Assembly (NCBI GenBank): GCA_965235115.1
Contig: OZ249440.1
Coordinates: 33,482,001 to 33,546,000, forward strand
Source of the DNA: Laetmonice hystrix
Taxonomy: Eukaryota
Reading direction: 5' to 3'
DNA length: 64,000 bases
The translations under genes were made by a program, and so were the position numbers. The number at the start of each line of letters is the position of its first letter. Positions within the stretch are counted from its first letter, which is position 1. The notes beneath the pieces were generated by a model. That model was given only the letters and a program-made list of their open reading frames with translations, was not told the DNA's origin and ran no database searches. Positions 36,704 through 50,100 of the stretch are shown piece after piece.

Positions 36704-37999
36704 GGTGGACGGAAATAATCAGAAAGCGAAGGAGAAGCCGAAAGAAGAGTATGAAAAGAGGCAACAGAAAGGATACAAAGCTTTCGTCTTCAAGGTAAAG
36801 AGGTGTTACAACCTTACTTTGAAATCCTCCTATAGAAGGCCTTCTATTATGGGCCTAATATTAAAAGTATTCCTTTGAATAGCAATCCAGAATCCCGATG
36901 ACACAATTTATAATACATGTACATGGAATTCTATATTCGATCAACCAAACCTCAGTATAGTTCACCTGTATATGTTTCAGCGATGCAAACCAGAAATTCT
37001 AAAAGCTTATTTTAGACTATTTTGAACAGTAAACAGTGTTATGTTTATCTAGATACCATTCCATATGCAAGACATTTTGTTTTTTTATTAATTATACCAG
37101 GTGGGGACAAGGGGACAAGGAAGGGGGACCGACTACAGCCTGAATGGCTAGGACCATATACCATCGTCGAACTTCAACAAAACTGTGCCCAGTTGGCAAA
37201 CCTCTCAACAGCAGGGTTCCCTTAATCCAACTAAAGCCCTATATCCACAGAGGGGAAAGGGACAAGCCCGACAAGGCCATCCTACCGAATCCCAAACACT
37301 GTGAAAGGACGGTGCAGCAAAGACCTAATTTCAGGCCTAGACAATGGAAATTGGCTGATAGATCGGCATATCTACGAGGCACAATCGCTAATGTCAGAGC
37401 AATATCCATATGTTGATGGCTTTCAAGCTTCTGGCCTATTTGTGAGTAGCAATGTTGGATGTCCGGTGGGGACACAGAAGGGACCCTTTGTGCAGGTCGT
37501 AAACGTTGACAACAGCCACTGGATCTGCCTCACAAACGTTAACTCAGAACCAGGTACTGTGAACATTGATGACAGCATGACACCCGGAGAGCTCAAGATG
37601 ACACAACAAAAGGCGGTGGCTTGGCTGCTCTACTGGGTTGGTCCCAGACTAAAGATTGTCTGGCTGCGGTTCCAGCACCAGGCGGGAGCCGCTGTTGCAA
37701 TCTGCAAAGGTCTAGACCTGTGCAAGGTCCACTTCGACCAGGAAGTGATGCGGGACCACCTTTGGCAATGTTTCACTAAAAGAAACATCCCGCAAATGTT
37801 CCCGCACACGGTGCGAAGAAACGCGACGAAATCTTTCAGGAAAGAACAAATAATTCCATTGTTCTGTTTCTGTCGGCAGCCTAACGATGGCACTCCCATG
37901 GTGCGCTGTCAGTTGTGCCAAGAACGGTACCATCTTGGGTGTGTAGGTGTAGAGAAACATACAGGCAACTTTGTATGTTCCGCTTGTCAGGACAAGTAA
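36704..37999 (+). pseudogene. Ginger1-like transposase C-terminus: integrase GPY/F region, Ulp1-like protease and PHD finger
   Basis: RKGDRLQPEWLGPYTI, QLKPY; WLIDRHI, QVVNVDNSHWICL, DS; LFCFCRQP...MVRCQLCQERYHLGCVG...FVCSAC; intron-like gap at 36796-37100. Confidence 0.72.
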
Positions 38000-38869
38000 A
38001 GGCATGGCAAATCGACCAGCAAGCCAGCCAGCCAGACAATAAGCCATTTCAGTATATCTCAGCTGGCGCGGTGCATTGTGGGATTGGGATTTGGGTTTGG
38101 AACCCAAACAAACGCACGTGGTCACCGCTGGTACGCCTGAATAAGGTAAGATGGCGGAGGTGAATTTGAAGATCGACGGAGAAACTTGCAAGTTAGAGGA
38201 TTTTAAGGGATTGAAGGTGGAAGATTTGATGTCATATTGTTGAAGGAGAGGTCTAACTGACAGCCTGAGGCAGAAGACAGAATTTTCTGCTCTAAGTTAA
38301 TCCAGCAGCAGTAGAGAAAGTACCGATTGTCATGACGCGATCATAAGAGGAGAGGCTTTCCTTGAGCTGTCAACTGTTGACACTGTATGATCATTGCATT
38401 AAAATGTTAGGCCTAGACCCGAACAATGAGTTGAATCATGAATGGTGTGACGAAGATTTAGGATTATCAATTGTTTATCCTGGTTTGTTGCGGCTAGGTT
38501 CCGTTTTTTTCAATTGGAAAGGGGAAGTTAGCTCAAACCTCGCCCGCCTCAGACCGACACAGTGAATGAAACCACAGGCATAGGCCTACCTTGGGCTTTG
38601 GCGCATGGCTGGGCCGGGCGGGTGTGCAGTTAGAAGCTCGGTAGTCGTCCGTTAGGTCCATGCCTTTCTCCCCACGCAAAGCTTGCCCGTGATGCTTGGG
38701 CCCGATTTCAGCCATAAATTTCATACATTTTGGAGCAGTAGTTTGCCAAGACTTAGTCGAAAACAGTAGGCCTATGAAATGACTAAAAGACGAGACAGGG
38801 CGAGAATGAACAATGGAGAGCACGTGTTGTAATACTAACGTCACAATTTATTTGTTCAACTGTGCACAG

Positions 38870-38982
38870 AATGATAGTCGACTTACATCACAATCCAATC
38901 ATTACATTGTTACCATGGCATAACCGATATATGATAGTCGACCTTACGTCACAATCGAATCGTTACATTGTTACCATGGCAT
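38870..38982. repeat. ~60-bp direct tandem duplication upstream of the Crypton ORF
   Basis: ATGATAGTCGAC(C)TTACRTCACAATCSAATCRTTACATTGTTACCATGGCAT occurs twice. Confidence 0.8.
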
Positions 38983-39085
38983 GAACGATGTATTTAGTTC
39001 AAATTACGTCACGGCTTAATTCTATATAGTTAACGCCGGCCTAATATATAGGCCTAGTCCTTAGAGGGTCTAGGGACTACACAAG

Positions 39086-40306
39086 ATGGATTTTCCGAAT
39101 TTCTTCCTCGATATATGTGATGATGAAATACGTCAAATGTTACTGTTCAATGATGAGCTTGATGAAGACGCCGCTACAGAGTATGCCAAAACATGTGAAG
39201 TGGATGAAAAATTTAATGGAACAAATACAGGTACACTTTGCATTAGGCCTACAACATCAACAACAGCGGTAAACTCAGAGATAGTGAAGGAAACTCTTAA
39301 ATCATACGTAAACAGTGGAAAGAATGTGAATTCAGTACGGAAAACACAACAGGTTATTAAAAAATTTATGGAATATATTCATCATGCGGGATACGATACA
39401 TTTTATCACTACCTGGTCACAAATTAGATGTTCTCATCGGCTCGTACCTGATGACGGCCAAGAAGCCTGATGGTGGTGAATATGAACCAGATACGCTTAC
39501 TTCAATTCAGAGGGCTATCCACAGATATCTTCGTGAAAACGAATATGAACATGCATTTTGACATCATCAACCTTCTTAACGAGCAGAAACGTTTTGTCTA
39601 CAAGACGACGGGAATTGAAGTCCATGGGTTATGGCAACAAGCTGACAGCAGATCATGTTGCGACTTTCTGGTAGAAGGGGCAGATTGCTACTACGGACCC
39701 CAAATCACTCCAAAACGGATTGTACTTCTACATGGCACAATGTTTAGGATTTCGTGGGTGTCATGAAGGCAGGCAACTTTGTTGGGGTGACATACAGCTT
39801 CTAGGAGACGAAAATGGAGAAAAATACTTACAGTTTAATGAAAGGCTTTCCAAAACACGTACAGGTGGGGGAGACTGTAGGAAATTTGCACCAAAACTGT
39901 TCCAAAATAATTCCAACCTTGAAAAGTGTCCAGTTAAATTGTACCAATTGTTTGCAGAAAAACAGCCAGAAAATATGAAAACACGTGAGAGTCCCTTCTT
40001 CTTGGCTTTGAACAAAACCCAAAACGCCACCACATGGTATAACTCGGCCAAAACTCACTCCGTAAAATTATTCCTTCTATGTGCAAAGCAGCTGGAATCT
40101 TAGGGAAATTGACTAACCACAGCATCAGGAAAAAAACATGTACAGACCTTTTGCACAGCGGGGTAGAGCCCACAGTTATTGCGCAGCTGACGGGACACAA
40201 AAATGTGCAGTCCATTACAAACTATGCTGTCGCGAGCGTAGAAATGCAGCATAAGATGTGTGACATACTAACGAATGATGATGTCAGTGTAGAACAGCCG
40301 AAGTAA
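39086..40306 (+). pseudogene. CryptonA-type tyrosine recombinase (DUF3504; related to the ZMYM/KCTD1/QRICH1 domain), frameshifted
   Basis: KKPDGGEYEPDTLTSIQRAIHRYL, GFRGCHE, FNERLSKTRTG, KCPVKLY, TNHSIR and TGHKNVQSITNY (R-K-H-R-H-Y residues visible). Confidence 0.88.
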
Positions 40307-41739
40307 AGAAAAATATGTAACGTTCACGTTTATGTCAATGATGATGTACCGTCCCCATCAGGATCCAGAGATCGTTCCGATGAAGATGTCCAGCGTATGG
40401 GGTCCATGAAGAATCATGATAATATTGTCGATAAGCCTGTCATCATACCGAATGTTACTCTTTCTAATCCAAGGCCTCAAAACATGCCCTTAGATTTCCA
40501 GGCTGCGTCAAACCAAACGTCGACGATGACTCAAGCTTCATCCCTGTTGTCAGGGTCCGTTTTCAATGCACCAGTGACAATAAATATCAACTACTATAAT
40601 TCCAATTAACCACTAAATGAAATCTCCATGTAGCCTAGTTCTAGACTATTCAACATTAGTCCAAGCGTCTTTGCAACAATGCACCACTTTAACATAGGCC
40701 TGTGTCAACGGGCACCCAGGCCTAGCCCGGCCGTCCAAGATGATGATCCAGCGCCGGTACACCTAACGTAAGACTTCCGCCGTTAGCCACGCCGCTACCA
40801 CTCCCTGCCAGATTGTGTTCAACGCGATGATTAAAAGCATCAAAAAGCAATGATTTAAACGATCCATGTGTTTTGTGTATTGATCTCTAGGTCTTCCAGC
40901 ATGTTCTTCTAATAATACAAGTACCGTATCCCAAACTCCGGCCAAAGCACACGTGGTAGGACTAGACTCTACGCCTGAATTCCAGACTCGGCGGCAAGCG
41001 CGGAGATTCACATCAGCACTCGTGCTTCGCACTCGTGCTGATATTACTCCGCGCTTGCCGCCTCGTCTGATACAGAATCCCGTATCACACACTCGGTCGT
41101 TCCTGTGTATGGATATATTAGTGGTGATAAAACAAAACCTGCAATAAACATCGTGGAATATTCGCAGCGCTCTACTAGAGATAGGTTTCTGAGGCGCTGT
41201 ACAATAAACACAGTGGAATGTTTGCAGAGCTCTAGCAAAACATACAATACACATTTGTGGCGACTGGAACAACTGCCTTACGTTCGTCACTTCACATTGC
41301 TCCGCGACTGATTCTGGTGGGACCAACAGGTAACTTTGCTTGACCTGGGTACACTCACTGAACCAAAATACCAAACAAACGCGCCAGATACTCCTTTTCG
41401 GACATATGACCTATATACATGCCATATTTAGACAAGCTATTTATTGACAACGACTTGTATGTGAGCCCAGAAGAAGCGTGGGTCATTCACGCCTTGGCCT
41501 TGGTACAAGTACCTCAATTTTGCGCAACAAGTTCTTGCTCACAGATTCGAGCTACAGTAAAATATTCACGTATAGCTTTATTGATTAGTCAGCTACATAT
41601 ATTCGACTGTATAGTCACTAATACTTGCTGGTCTATGAGAACGAGCGGATAGAAGATGGTGAACTAATTTTACAGCTCTCACACGGGCGTCTCCTGCGTT
41701 TAACACTGAACGGCCCATAGGGTTACAAATATTGACGGT

Positions 41740-41889
41740 GGAACTAATTTCGCTCGACACCGGCCCAGATTGGAATTCCATTCTAGGCTGGCCTGGAATG
41801 GAATTCCAATCTTGACCGGCCCAGAATGGAATTTCGATCTCGGCCGGCCCAGTTTGGAATTGGGCCAGATTCCAATCTCGTCTGTGACA
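41740..41889. repeat. Terminus of a TGT...ACA DNA transposon with subterminal repeats (Ginger/MuDR-like)
   Basis: Repeated GGCCCAG...TGGAATT units ending ...CTCGTCTGTGACA. Confidence 0.45.
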
Positions 41890-42911
41890 CATACATAGCA
41901 AACAATACATACATAGCAAGCAATAGAGTACAAAAAACGGATGGTGTAAACCATGTGTGTCCTGTAGAGGCTGGAGGGCGAGCGAGTCACTGAGCAGCAC
42001 AGCTATTTATAATCTCCAGATTACAGGAAGTAGGGCTACTGTTACCAGGGTGATTGACCTACATAAGAGCTACCCGGACTGTGCTGACATACCAGATTAA
42101 TAAATGAATAAGTTTAACACATGTTTGAAGTGAGACACATGCCTTGACCATATGTACACGTTAATGTTACTATACAAATTTAAAATATGTATAGGTATGG
42201 TTATTAGACAGAGTTCCATAACAAGATGCCATGAACAGGAGATGATACATACATGATACAAACATTTCTGTTTTCAGATGTATGCTAAGCCAAGCACTGA
42301 AATGCAGCCAGAAAAGCTGGAGAGAATCCGTCGCCTCAATGCCCTCAACAACAAGCTCTACATAGCATGAAAAGGTATGTAGAATACAGGATCAAACAAA
42401 TAAGATTTTACAGATAAAAGGAAATTAAATTCATGATGAATTAATGATGAGATAAACACACAGAACTGACTTATGACTTTTCTTCACGTCAGACAGCTGC
42501 CAATCAATGATTGATAAATTAGGTCCATTCATTATAGCCCATGGGCAATCTGTGAATCTGTTCTGAACCCCATGAATCATAATTAATCTTTATATGCAGC
42601 TTGTGAGACAGGTTGAAGAGAAGAGGGCCAGGGAAGGTCGGACAAGGTCAAGTGGGACAGCAGAAGCTCTGGCACTCGGTCCACGTCACCGCAAGGCCCA
42701 GACTGTTGTGTAAACGTCACATTTATGAGTACAAAATGTAAATGACGTCCCAAGTTGGGACTGCACACATTAAAAACTAGTTGCTGACACACGTGTTGTT
42801 CACTTTGATGAAACAACTGCAGTTACTTAGCTCTGATTCGTGTGGTTTCTCAGATATCCAGTATGATTTTCACTTGACCATAATATGACCATCTATGGCC
42901 TGACTTAGACT

Positions 42912-43106
42912 CAGTGTCAGGAGACAGTGACAATGAGACAACTCTTCGTGATCTTCCTTCTGGTGATGAGGACGCCCCCATTTATGTCCGTTCAGTGTCA
43001 GGAGACAGTGAAAATGAGTCAACTCTTCCTGATCTTGAGTAAACTCTTTCCGGTGATGAGGACGCCCTCATGTCATCAAATGTCCGTTTAGTGTCAGGAG
43101 ACAGGG
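42912..43106. repeat. Degenerate ~80-95 bp tandem repeat (about 2.5 copies)
   Basis: AGTGTCAGGAGACAG three times; GGTGATGAGGACGCCC twice. Confidence 0.7.
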
Positions 43107-43549
43107 ACCATGATTTACATCATCTGGATAAGATTTCGAGTTCAGATTTTGAGAGGAAACTCAACTCCATAGATTCCGAAAAAGATGTAACCTTCAAAAG
43201 GCAAAAGAAATCATATCTGAGGTTAATTTACATCGTGGTCAATTTCTTGAAACATGAGGGTCATTTCCAATATAACTGAAGGGCCCACTCCACTCCAGGA
43301 CATCCCGCTAGGTCGGAAGGAGAATGTTTACTTTTGTTGTCAGAAATTATGACAATATATCTAGGCAGACCTGAGGTAACCGGAGCAATTTTTGCGATGA
43401 CCGTGGTGTGTTGCAGTCCCGAAATGGAACGACTCCAAAATCTTTCTTCTTTCTTGTCAACAGTCAGTTCACATACATCCGCGGGAAGGAAAACAAATTT
43501 GGTACTTCCTGAAAGGTCAATGGTACACTGATATTGGAACCCATTGTAT

Positions 43550-44450
43550 CTCAGCCATCATGGTACTAAATGACGACGTTGTGCGGTCTGTTGAATTCAA
43601 CAGTGGGAACGTACCATGTGTAGTTTTATACACAGAGAACTTGGTCAAAAGTGTCAGGCATATGTGTTGCAATGCCGAGGTGTGAGCTGTTCTGGGGTAG
43701 ACAAAACCTACAATGTAGGAAACGTTTATGTCACAGTGACATCATACAAGAACCTCTCCACCGTACAGGCGAACATCCTATCATGGTAGGACCCATGCAT
43801 GGCTACTCAACATTTTCTAACTTTAGGTACTTCTTTTCATGTTTGGCAGGTGCCATGGTGGGATGTGACTGATTCAAACTGGTGATCAGTTCAACTGATG
43901 AGAAAGCCTTAGTTAGCGCCATCAAAGATTGCTTTCCCGAGTCCACCACCATAGCTTGTAGACCTACTCATCACCTGAAACAAAACGTGTCAGATTTCCT
44001 GAAGGACAAAGTCGGTCTCCATAGCTGTGACAGGGCCAAATTGATAAACATGATTTTCATAGATGACGGTATCATTTCTTCAGATGACGACATCATTTTC
44101 CATGAATGGGTAGAGCAGGTGAGGAGGGTATCCTCAGAACTGACTTCAGGAGGATAATTTGGGCAATGCATTGAAAAAGAAAAGAAAAATAGTACTGCCT
44201 ATAATACTAGAGTGAGTAGTCTTCCAAATCAGATTCAAAGGACGGGAGACATGTGGACTAAACAGTGAGTCTGTAAACCATCTATTAAAACAGGCAGTGT
44301 CGTGGAAGCCACAGAATCTCCCCAAACTTGTTGAAACACTAAGGACCCTTGTGAATACCCAAGAAAAGGATGCCACACATACTCTCCTTGGCCTTGGTGC
44401 CAGAATATTCACACTACCCGAAGAGTCGCGAGGAATGGCATTCAATGTCA
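43550..44450 (+). pseudogene. MULE/MuDR transposase remnant
   Basis: LGVDKTYNVGNVYVTVT, GEHPIMVGP, TDEKALVSAIKDCFP, HLKQNV and NSESVNHLLKQAVSWKP. Confidence 0.8.
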
Positions 44451-44935
44451 GACACAAAGGGAGATCTTAATTTAAATTAAACGATTCATTACACCAAAGA
44501 AATAAAGTAGCTTGATGGTCGTATTATCCAATGGGATACCACTGACGTAGGAAAAGGAGGGGCGGGGGGGGGGGGGCATGCCCCCCCAATGAAAAAGTTC
44601 GGGGGCCAGAGTATGTTTTGCCCCCCCCCCAATATTAAGGTTGTGGGCCAATTAATATGTACATTTTCATACCTTTTTTCCAAAGTAATAAAATTTAAAA
44701 TTGCGGAAATAAAATCATGTCAGCCTTGTCAGATCCGTGTAGAGAACAGCGCTGCCACCTAGTAGGCCTAGAGTAGGCCTATATTTGTATCTGGTTGCAT
44801 CTGTGCTGTGCTTTTTGCACCATTTTCACTGCAACGTTCTCTGACTGTTCTCCTACGCCTCTGGATACTGAAGGTAAAAACATCACCGTCAACTGGAAAA
44901 AAGCCTGGGCAGAGAAAACGACGTAGGGCTGAAAG

Positions 44936-45074
44936 GTGAGTGAGTGAGTGATTGTGGTTTTATGCCGTGTCGGCATCCGGGGCCATCTTCACGGTGAAAA
45001 CAGAGTATAAAGACTATAAAATGAAAGGGACCTTTTTTATCCCGGGCCCCAACGGGAATACCATTAAAACACTC
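44936..45074 (-). mobile_element. ~140-bp 3'-end-only copy of the I-clade family
   Basis: Matches the 3' UTR pseudoknot, hairpin and (ACTC)n tail of the large copies. Confidence 0.88.
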
Positions 45075-45909
45075 GGGCAAAAAGGAGTCTCACTGTTAAC
45101 AAAAAGTTGTGAACAAAATGACTTCATTAAGTAAGTTATTATCCGGGCACATCTTACCAACTTATACAATATTAGGACCTAATATTGTATTCCATTTAAA
45201 AGCAATCAAACCATTTTAGGGCTGACGTTGGGCTTCATTTATATAATTCTACTCTGCAGATAGACACCAAATATAAATGGTCACCATGGAAAGATGAGAG
45301 CTACTATACCGCCACCCTGTAGCCATTGAGGACGTCCGTTTGACAGGAGCATATTGATATTATTCTGCAATAACACTAAGTCAAAGTTCACTTAGTCGGG
45401 GGGGGGGGGGGGCTATTTCCAGTTTTAAGGCCAAAGGGCCTCGATCTGAGTGTTTTGCAAGCTGAAAGTGCTGGATTTGGGTGGGAGACATTTGAGCAGA
45501 ATCTGCCCGTAATCACAACACAAAAGAAATGACTCAATAAATTATTGTAAAAAAATTCAATGAAGTAAACATTCTGTATAACTGTCATAGAATCAAGAAG
45601 GGAAAGACGTGTTGGATCAAACACCAAGCATGTGCAGTTTACATAAAACCTTAATAGACAAACATGTGGTGTTTTGTCAGCCAAATTCTGCCGACAACGT
45701 ATGCTGAATGTCCTATTAGTAATCGAACTCGCCCAACATGTCAGCTGTCTGCTGCGTACGGTGAGATGGGGGATTCCCCCACGTGACCTATCATGTTACA
45801 CATTGGACAACCCGTTCGTGTGGCGATCTTAACCTCTTGTGCAGAGATCTCTGCTCCCTTTAAAGTGGATTGTCGTTTAACTCAAGGATAAGTGGTGGGA
45901 ACATTTACA

Positions 45910-46120
45910 ATGATGACCCTCATTTTTGCCGATTCTCGAGGACGAGGTTTGCAAGAGCTTATAAATGAGGTCTCACTCATTGTCATAGGAACCTCTGCAT
46001 CTTCGTCAACCTGGGGGCTGGCCTTCAACAACTGGTGGGAAGGATCACCTCTGAACTAGGTCATATGTCAGCCGGTCTGGTCTACGTACTCAGTGGCATT
46101 TGTGACATCACAAGAAATTT
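45910..46120 (+). pseudogene. Possible SGNH/GDSL esterase-like LINE ORF1 fragment
   Basis: MMTLIFADSRGRGL, then in another frame PGAGLQQL...VYVLSGICDIT. Confidence 0.4.
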
Positions 46121-47129
46121 CCCGTTTGACCACGTTAAGATGCCGTCACACACTTCATTGCTTGTCTTAATATGTGTATAGCCACGGTCAAAGAGGCACA
46201 TTCTTCAACAAGTCTTTATTTTTTAAGTTTTTCTGGGGTGGGTCTCACCGACCCCCCTCAAGGCTTTGCGCCTTCGGCACTAGCATGACCTCCTTTTCAA
46301 TATCTTGGAACTTGGGACATGTCATTCACCCCCCCAACCATTTTTTATCTTCCACTGCCTATGTACAGTGTATTTTGTTTTATTTTAGCTCTTTTCTTTT
46401 AGAGGTGACAGGTCCCAAGTACCATGAAACACACCCCGCATGAAAAATGCTGGCTACGCGCCTGAAGGTCATGAATGAAGAAGAGTTTGGTGAACGGCAC
46501 TAAAGTGTATTCCTAAGGAAACGGACCACTCCTTTGATACGAGACCCCAATGATATGATAAATGCCCCCCAACGTTAAATCTATTAAAGCACACATTTTG
46601 TGAAAAAAACGCTCTTAAGCATGCTTTTCAATTATAAAAATCATTTATTTACAGAACACAGATTATGAGAAAAAATATTAGAATAATCACAGTAAAATAA
46701 TACAATAATGGCACTCTTAAGGGACGTTAAGATAAGTTTAGAGTGCATGTAAGGGGGGCTGGAACTTTGAAGAAAAACATCCTTGTGGCCACTAAATCGG
46801 TTTTGATTCACTTTACTCCATTTAACCTTTAACACAAGTACAGAGACCATGAATAAAGTCTGGTCTATTGAAGACTCAAGTGTAATTTCTTTAAGGATAT
46901 GGTTAATACAAAGTCAGTAATGACATTCCTTTTATTGATATCATATCAATGTTACAAAGTCTTTAGTTATTAGTTTTTCCAGTGAAAAATGACATGTTAA
47001 AGTCAAGTGAAATCCAATATTGAATAATTACAGTTGTGTGGTTCTAGTTACATTATGTTCCTGTTATTAACATTATGTTCCTGTTATTAATATTCTTCCA
47101 TCTGAGAAACTTATCTTCAGCTTCAAAGA

Positions 47130-50100
47130 CCCTCCCCACCTCAGCTTGAGAGGGTTGTGTACTTTGACCTGGATGACCTGAAGAAGGACTTAAAGAGCGT
47201 CATTCCTCCATGGATTATTCTGCGTCAGGATGTCAAAGTATGCATTGGCGTCATTGATGGTGCAAGAGTCGTGAGACAAGTGAACATTGGCCAGGACCTC
47301 ACTGCCAAAGTGAACATTGGCCAGGACCTCACTGCCAAAGTTACTATCAGTGGTGTACATGTTGCAACCAACTACGATTTGACAGAAATCCAAGCTTTGC
47401 CAGCCTGCCCTGGGGTGGAAGATGCCCATCTTCAACGTCTAGCTGAGCTACCCTCTAAGGCCTCAGTAATTTGTTATAGGCATGTTACATGTGAAAATAG
47501 AAGTGGATTTATGACTCACACGACAACGGTGAGATCTGTCCATTGTGAGGGATCTGCATCATCACCCAACCCATGCAAGGCCTGTACACAGGTAAAAAAA
47601 ACACCTAGAAAAGAAGCACCAACAGGAAGCAACGACAGAAAATGCTGTTCTGTTGGCTAGTGCTCCATTAAGGAGAGTCTCAAAGAAGCGGTTAGTTGCC
47701 TCCCTAAAAGATGCTCGCAAACGAGCCAGAAAGTTGCAGCAGGAAAAGGCACTTGTGGAGAAAAAATTGAAAAGGGAATCTTTGGTTGTTAAGAGTCTCT
47801 GAAGCAGATTGTCGACCAACAAAACATTGTAAATCCATTTTTAAAGTTATTTTGGAAAGAGCAGCTGAAGGCCTTCAATCGAGGTAAACGTGGCATGAGA
47901 TGGCACACAATCCTTGTACACACTCGGAGCCCTGCAGTCTATAGAACTTTACGGGACACTGGAGTTGTAAAGCTTCCTGGAGAGTCCATCTTGTGAGACT
48001 AGACAAATGCTATCCATCCCCAGCAAGGATTTAGCATGGAGGTTCTTCGGGAGCTGCAGAAAATCGCAGAATAACTGAAACCCTATTAGCGTTGGGTTGT
48101 GCTTCTTCATGATGAAATGGCAATCAAGGCAGACCGTGTCCATGACCCAGTAACAGGAGAAGTCGTTGGATTTGTGGACTCAAACCGTTTTAACTCCTTG
48201 CCAGCAGCAGCAGCAGTTGCCACCCATGTGCTTGTTTTCATGGTTGTTGGTGTCAATTCCAATCTAAAAATGAGTTTGGGGTATTCCCCACAAAGACAGC
48301 CACTGGCGATGAGTTGTTCAAGATATTATGCACCTCACCTAGTGAAGACCGTACGAAACAACCTGTCAAGTTCTAAGGCTAACGGAACAAAGTACTTAAT
48401 ATGGGTAAGACCATAGATAGTATCATAGCAGTACGTACGAAAATATTATGTTCCACTTCCTGACTAAAAGAATTTTTCTTCGTTCCATCAGGTTTTAGAT
48501 TAGATTTTATGTTGAAATAAATATGTGGTGATGTAAACTTTTCCTATGGTTGTATATCAAAAAATTCTGTTGTAAATATGGCAACGAATTTATAACAATG
48601 TAAAATGTTATCCTGTCAGAAAAATGGCCAGCATCTACTCTGGAAGTATGTCCAAGAAGTGTACGAAGAGGATGCCAAGCACGAATTCTACCGCACCAAG
48701 TTGACTGGTGAACATGTCTATTTGAACCCCCATAATTGAACCCCCATCATTGTACTTCACAGATATCATTGCATAAAATGTGCCTCTCCGGAACAGCGAG
48801 TGATACAAGATCTTTATTTTCATGCCACTTTTACTGAGCGGCTCAGTCGGCCGGGTCATGGCAGAGTATGGGGGACCAGACAAACAAGAAACGGCCAAAT
48901 TCATCCTGCTGATGGATCGGTTCTTTGACTGTTTGAACACTCGTGCATTGATCACTGTAATCACTGGTGTTCACTGTCAAGAAGCGGAAACCCGACTTGA
49001 TGCCGTACCAGTCGCCAAATGATCCTCAGTTCAAAGTAGGCAGAGATTTGTTTCAAAAGTTGCATGCAGATCATTAAGGCAATTAGTTGCCATGGTTAAC
49101 TACTTAACAACAGTATACAAGCGTATAAAATAACAAAATTGTTGCATCATGAATAGTGAAGTTTTATTCACCATTGTATAATAAAGATAATACATCTATG
49201 AAATGTAATTCCAACAGTTTCTGACTGAAGACTTCCTGGGTTACTTGGAGGAGTGGCATTCGACAGTAACGAACCGTCCAGGATTCACCAAGAACGACAA
49301 GAAGATATTTCTTTCGGATCAGACATACGAAGGTCTACAAATCACTGGTAATCATCGAACTCTATAACAGTAATCTCAATATTTCTACGTCCAGGATTCA
49401 CCAAGAACGACAAAAAGAACATGTTTCTTTCGGATCAGACATACGAAGGTCTACAAATCACTGGTAATCATCGAACTCTATAACAGTAATCTCAATATTT
49501 CTATGTAGTCTTATTTTCATAGCACAAAAAAACTCATTTACCGGTATATAATTCCTTTATATAAAAACCAGCTAAGTAAAATAAAATCTGTTCTAGTATC
49601 TAGCCCATCTATTGCTTTGCACGTCCCCTATATAGGTGCTTTTCACAGGTTTAATGTATCATAATGCGTGAAATGGTGTTCACTGACTGCCTTGTTTTCA
49701 AAGTGTCTGGAAATTGTATGTAATGCTTACAGTCAGATCTGCAGTGGAGGTCACACGATATCTTCTTCAAAATGGGGTGCAGTATGTCTTGACAAGCAAG
49801 TTTTGCCAGGATCCTCTTGAAGAACATTTTGGAAGACACAGTGCTCTGGGCAGACGATCTGTTAACCCTACTCTTTGGGGATTTGGGTAAGAAATTCACC
49901 AGACTTGACTTGAGATACACCATAACAGTATTTGTTTTCAAACATGAAAATAATAGAGTTAATGCCAAATACTTTATCAAAAACATTATCAGTCAATTTT
50001 TTTTTTCTTAAACACTTTGATGGAAACCATCGATATTTGAAATATTCTTTAAATATCTTTATAACCCAGTCCTTAATTAATAACAAAACACGGGGGATGC

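Noticed and set aside
38170..38460. Possible accessory-protein fragment (LKVEDLMSYC...RGL) of another DNA transposon
   Set aside because: Too short and decayed to assign with any confidence.
40763..41374. 203-aa ORF on the minus strand
   Set aside because: Non-ATG start, no recognisable motif and an internal repeat; no product can be supported.
39448..43910. CTGATGA hammerhead-core matches at ~39448 and ~43896
   Set aside because: Both lie within transposase/recombinase coding remnants and lack the flanking stems and correctly placed GAAA.
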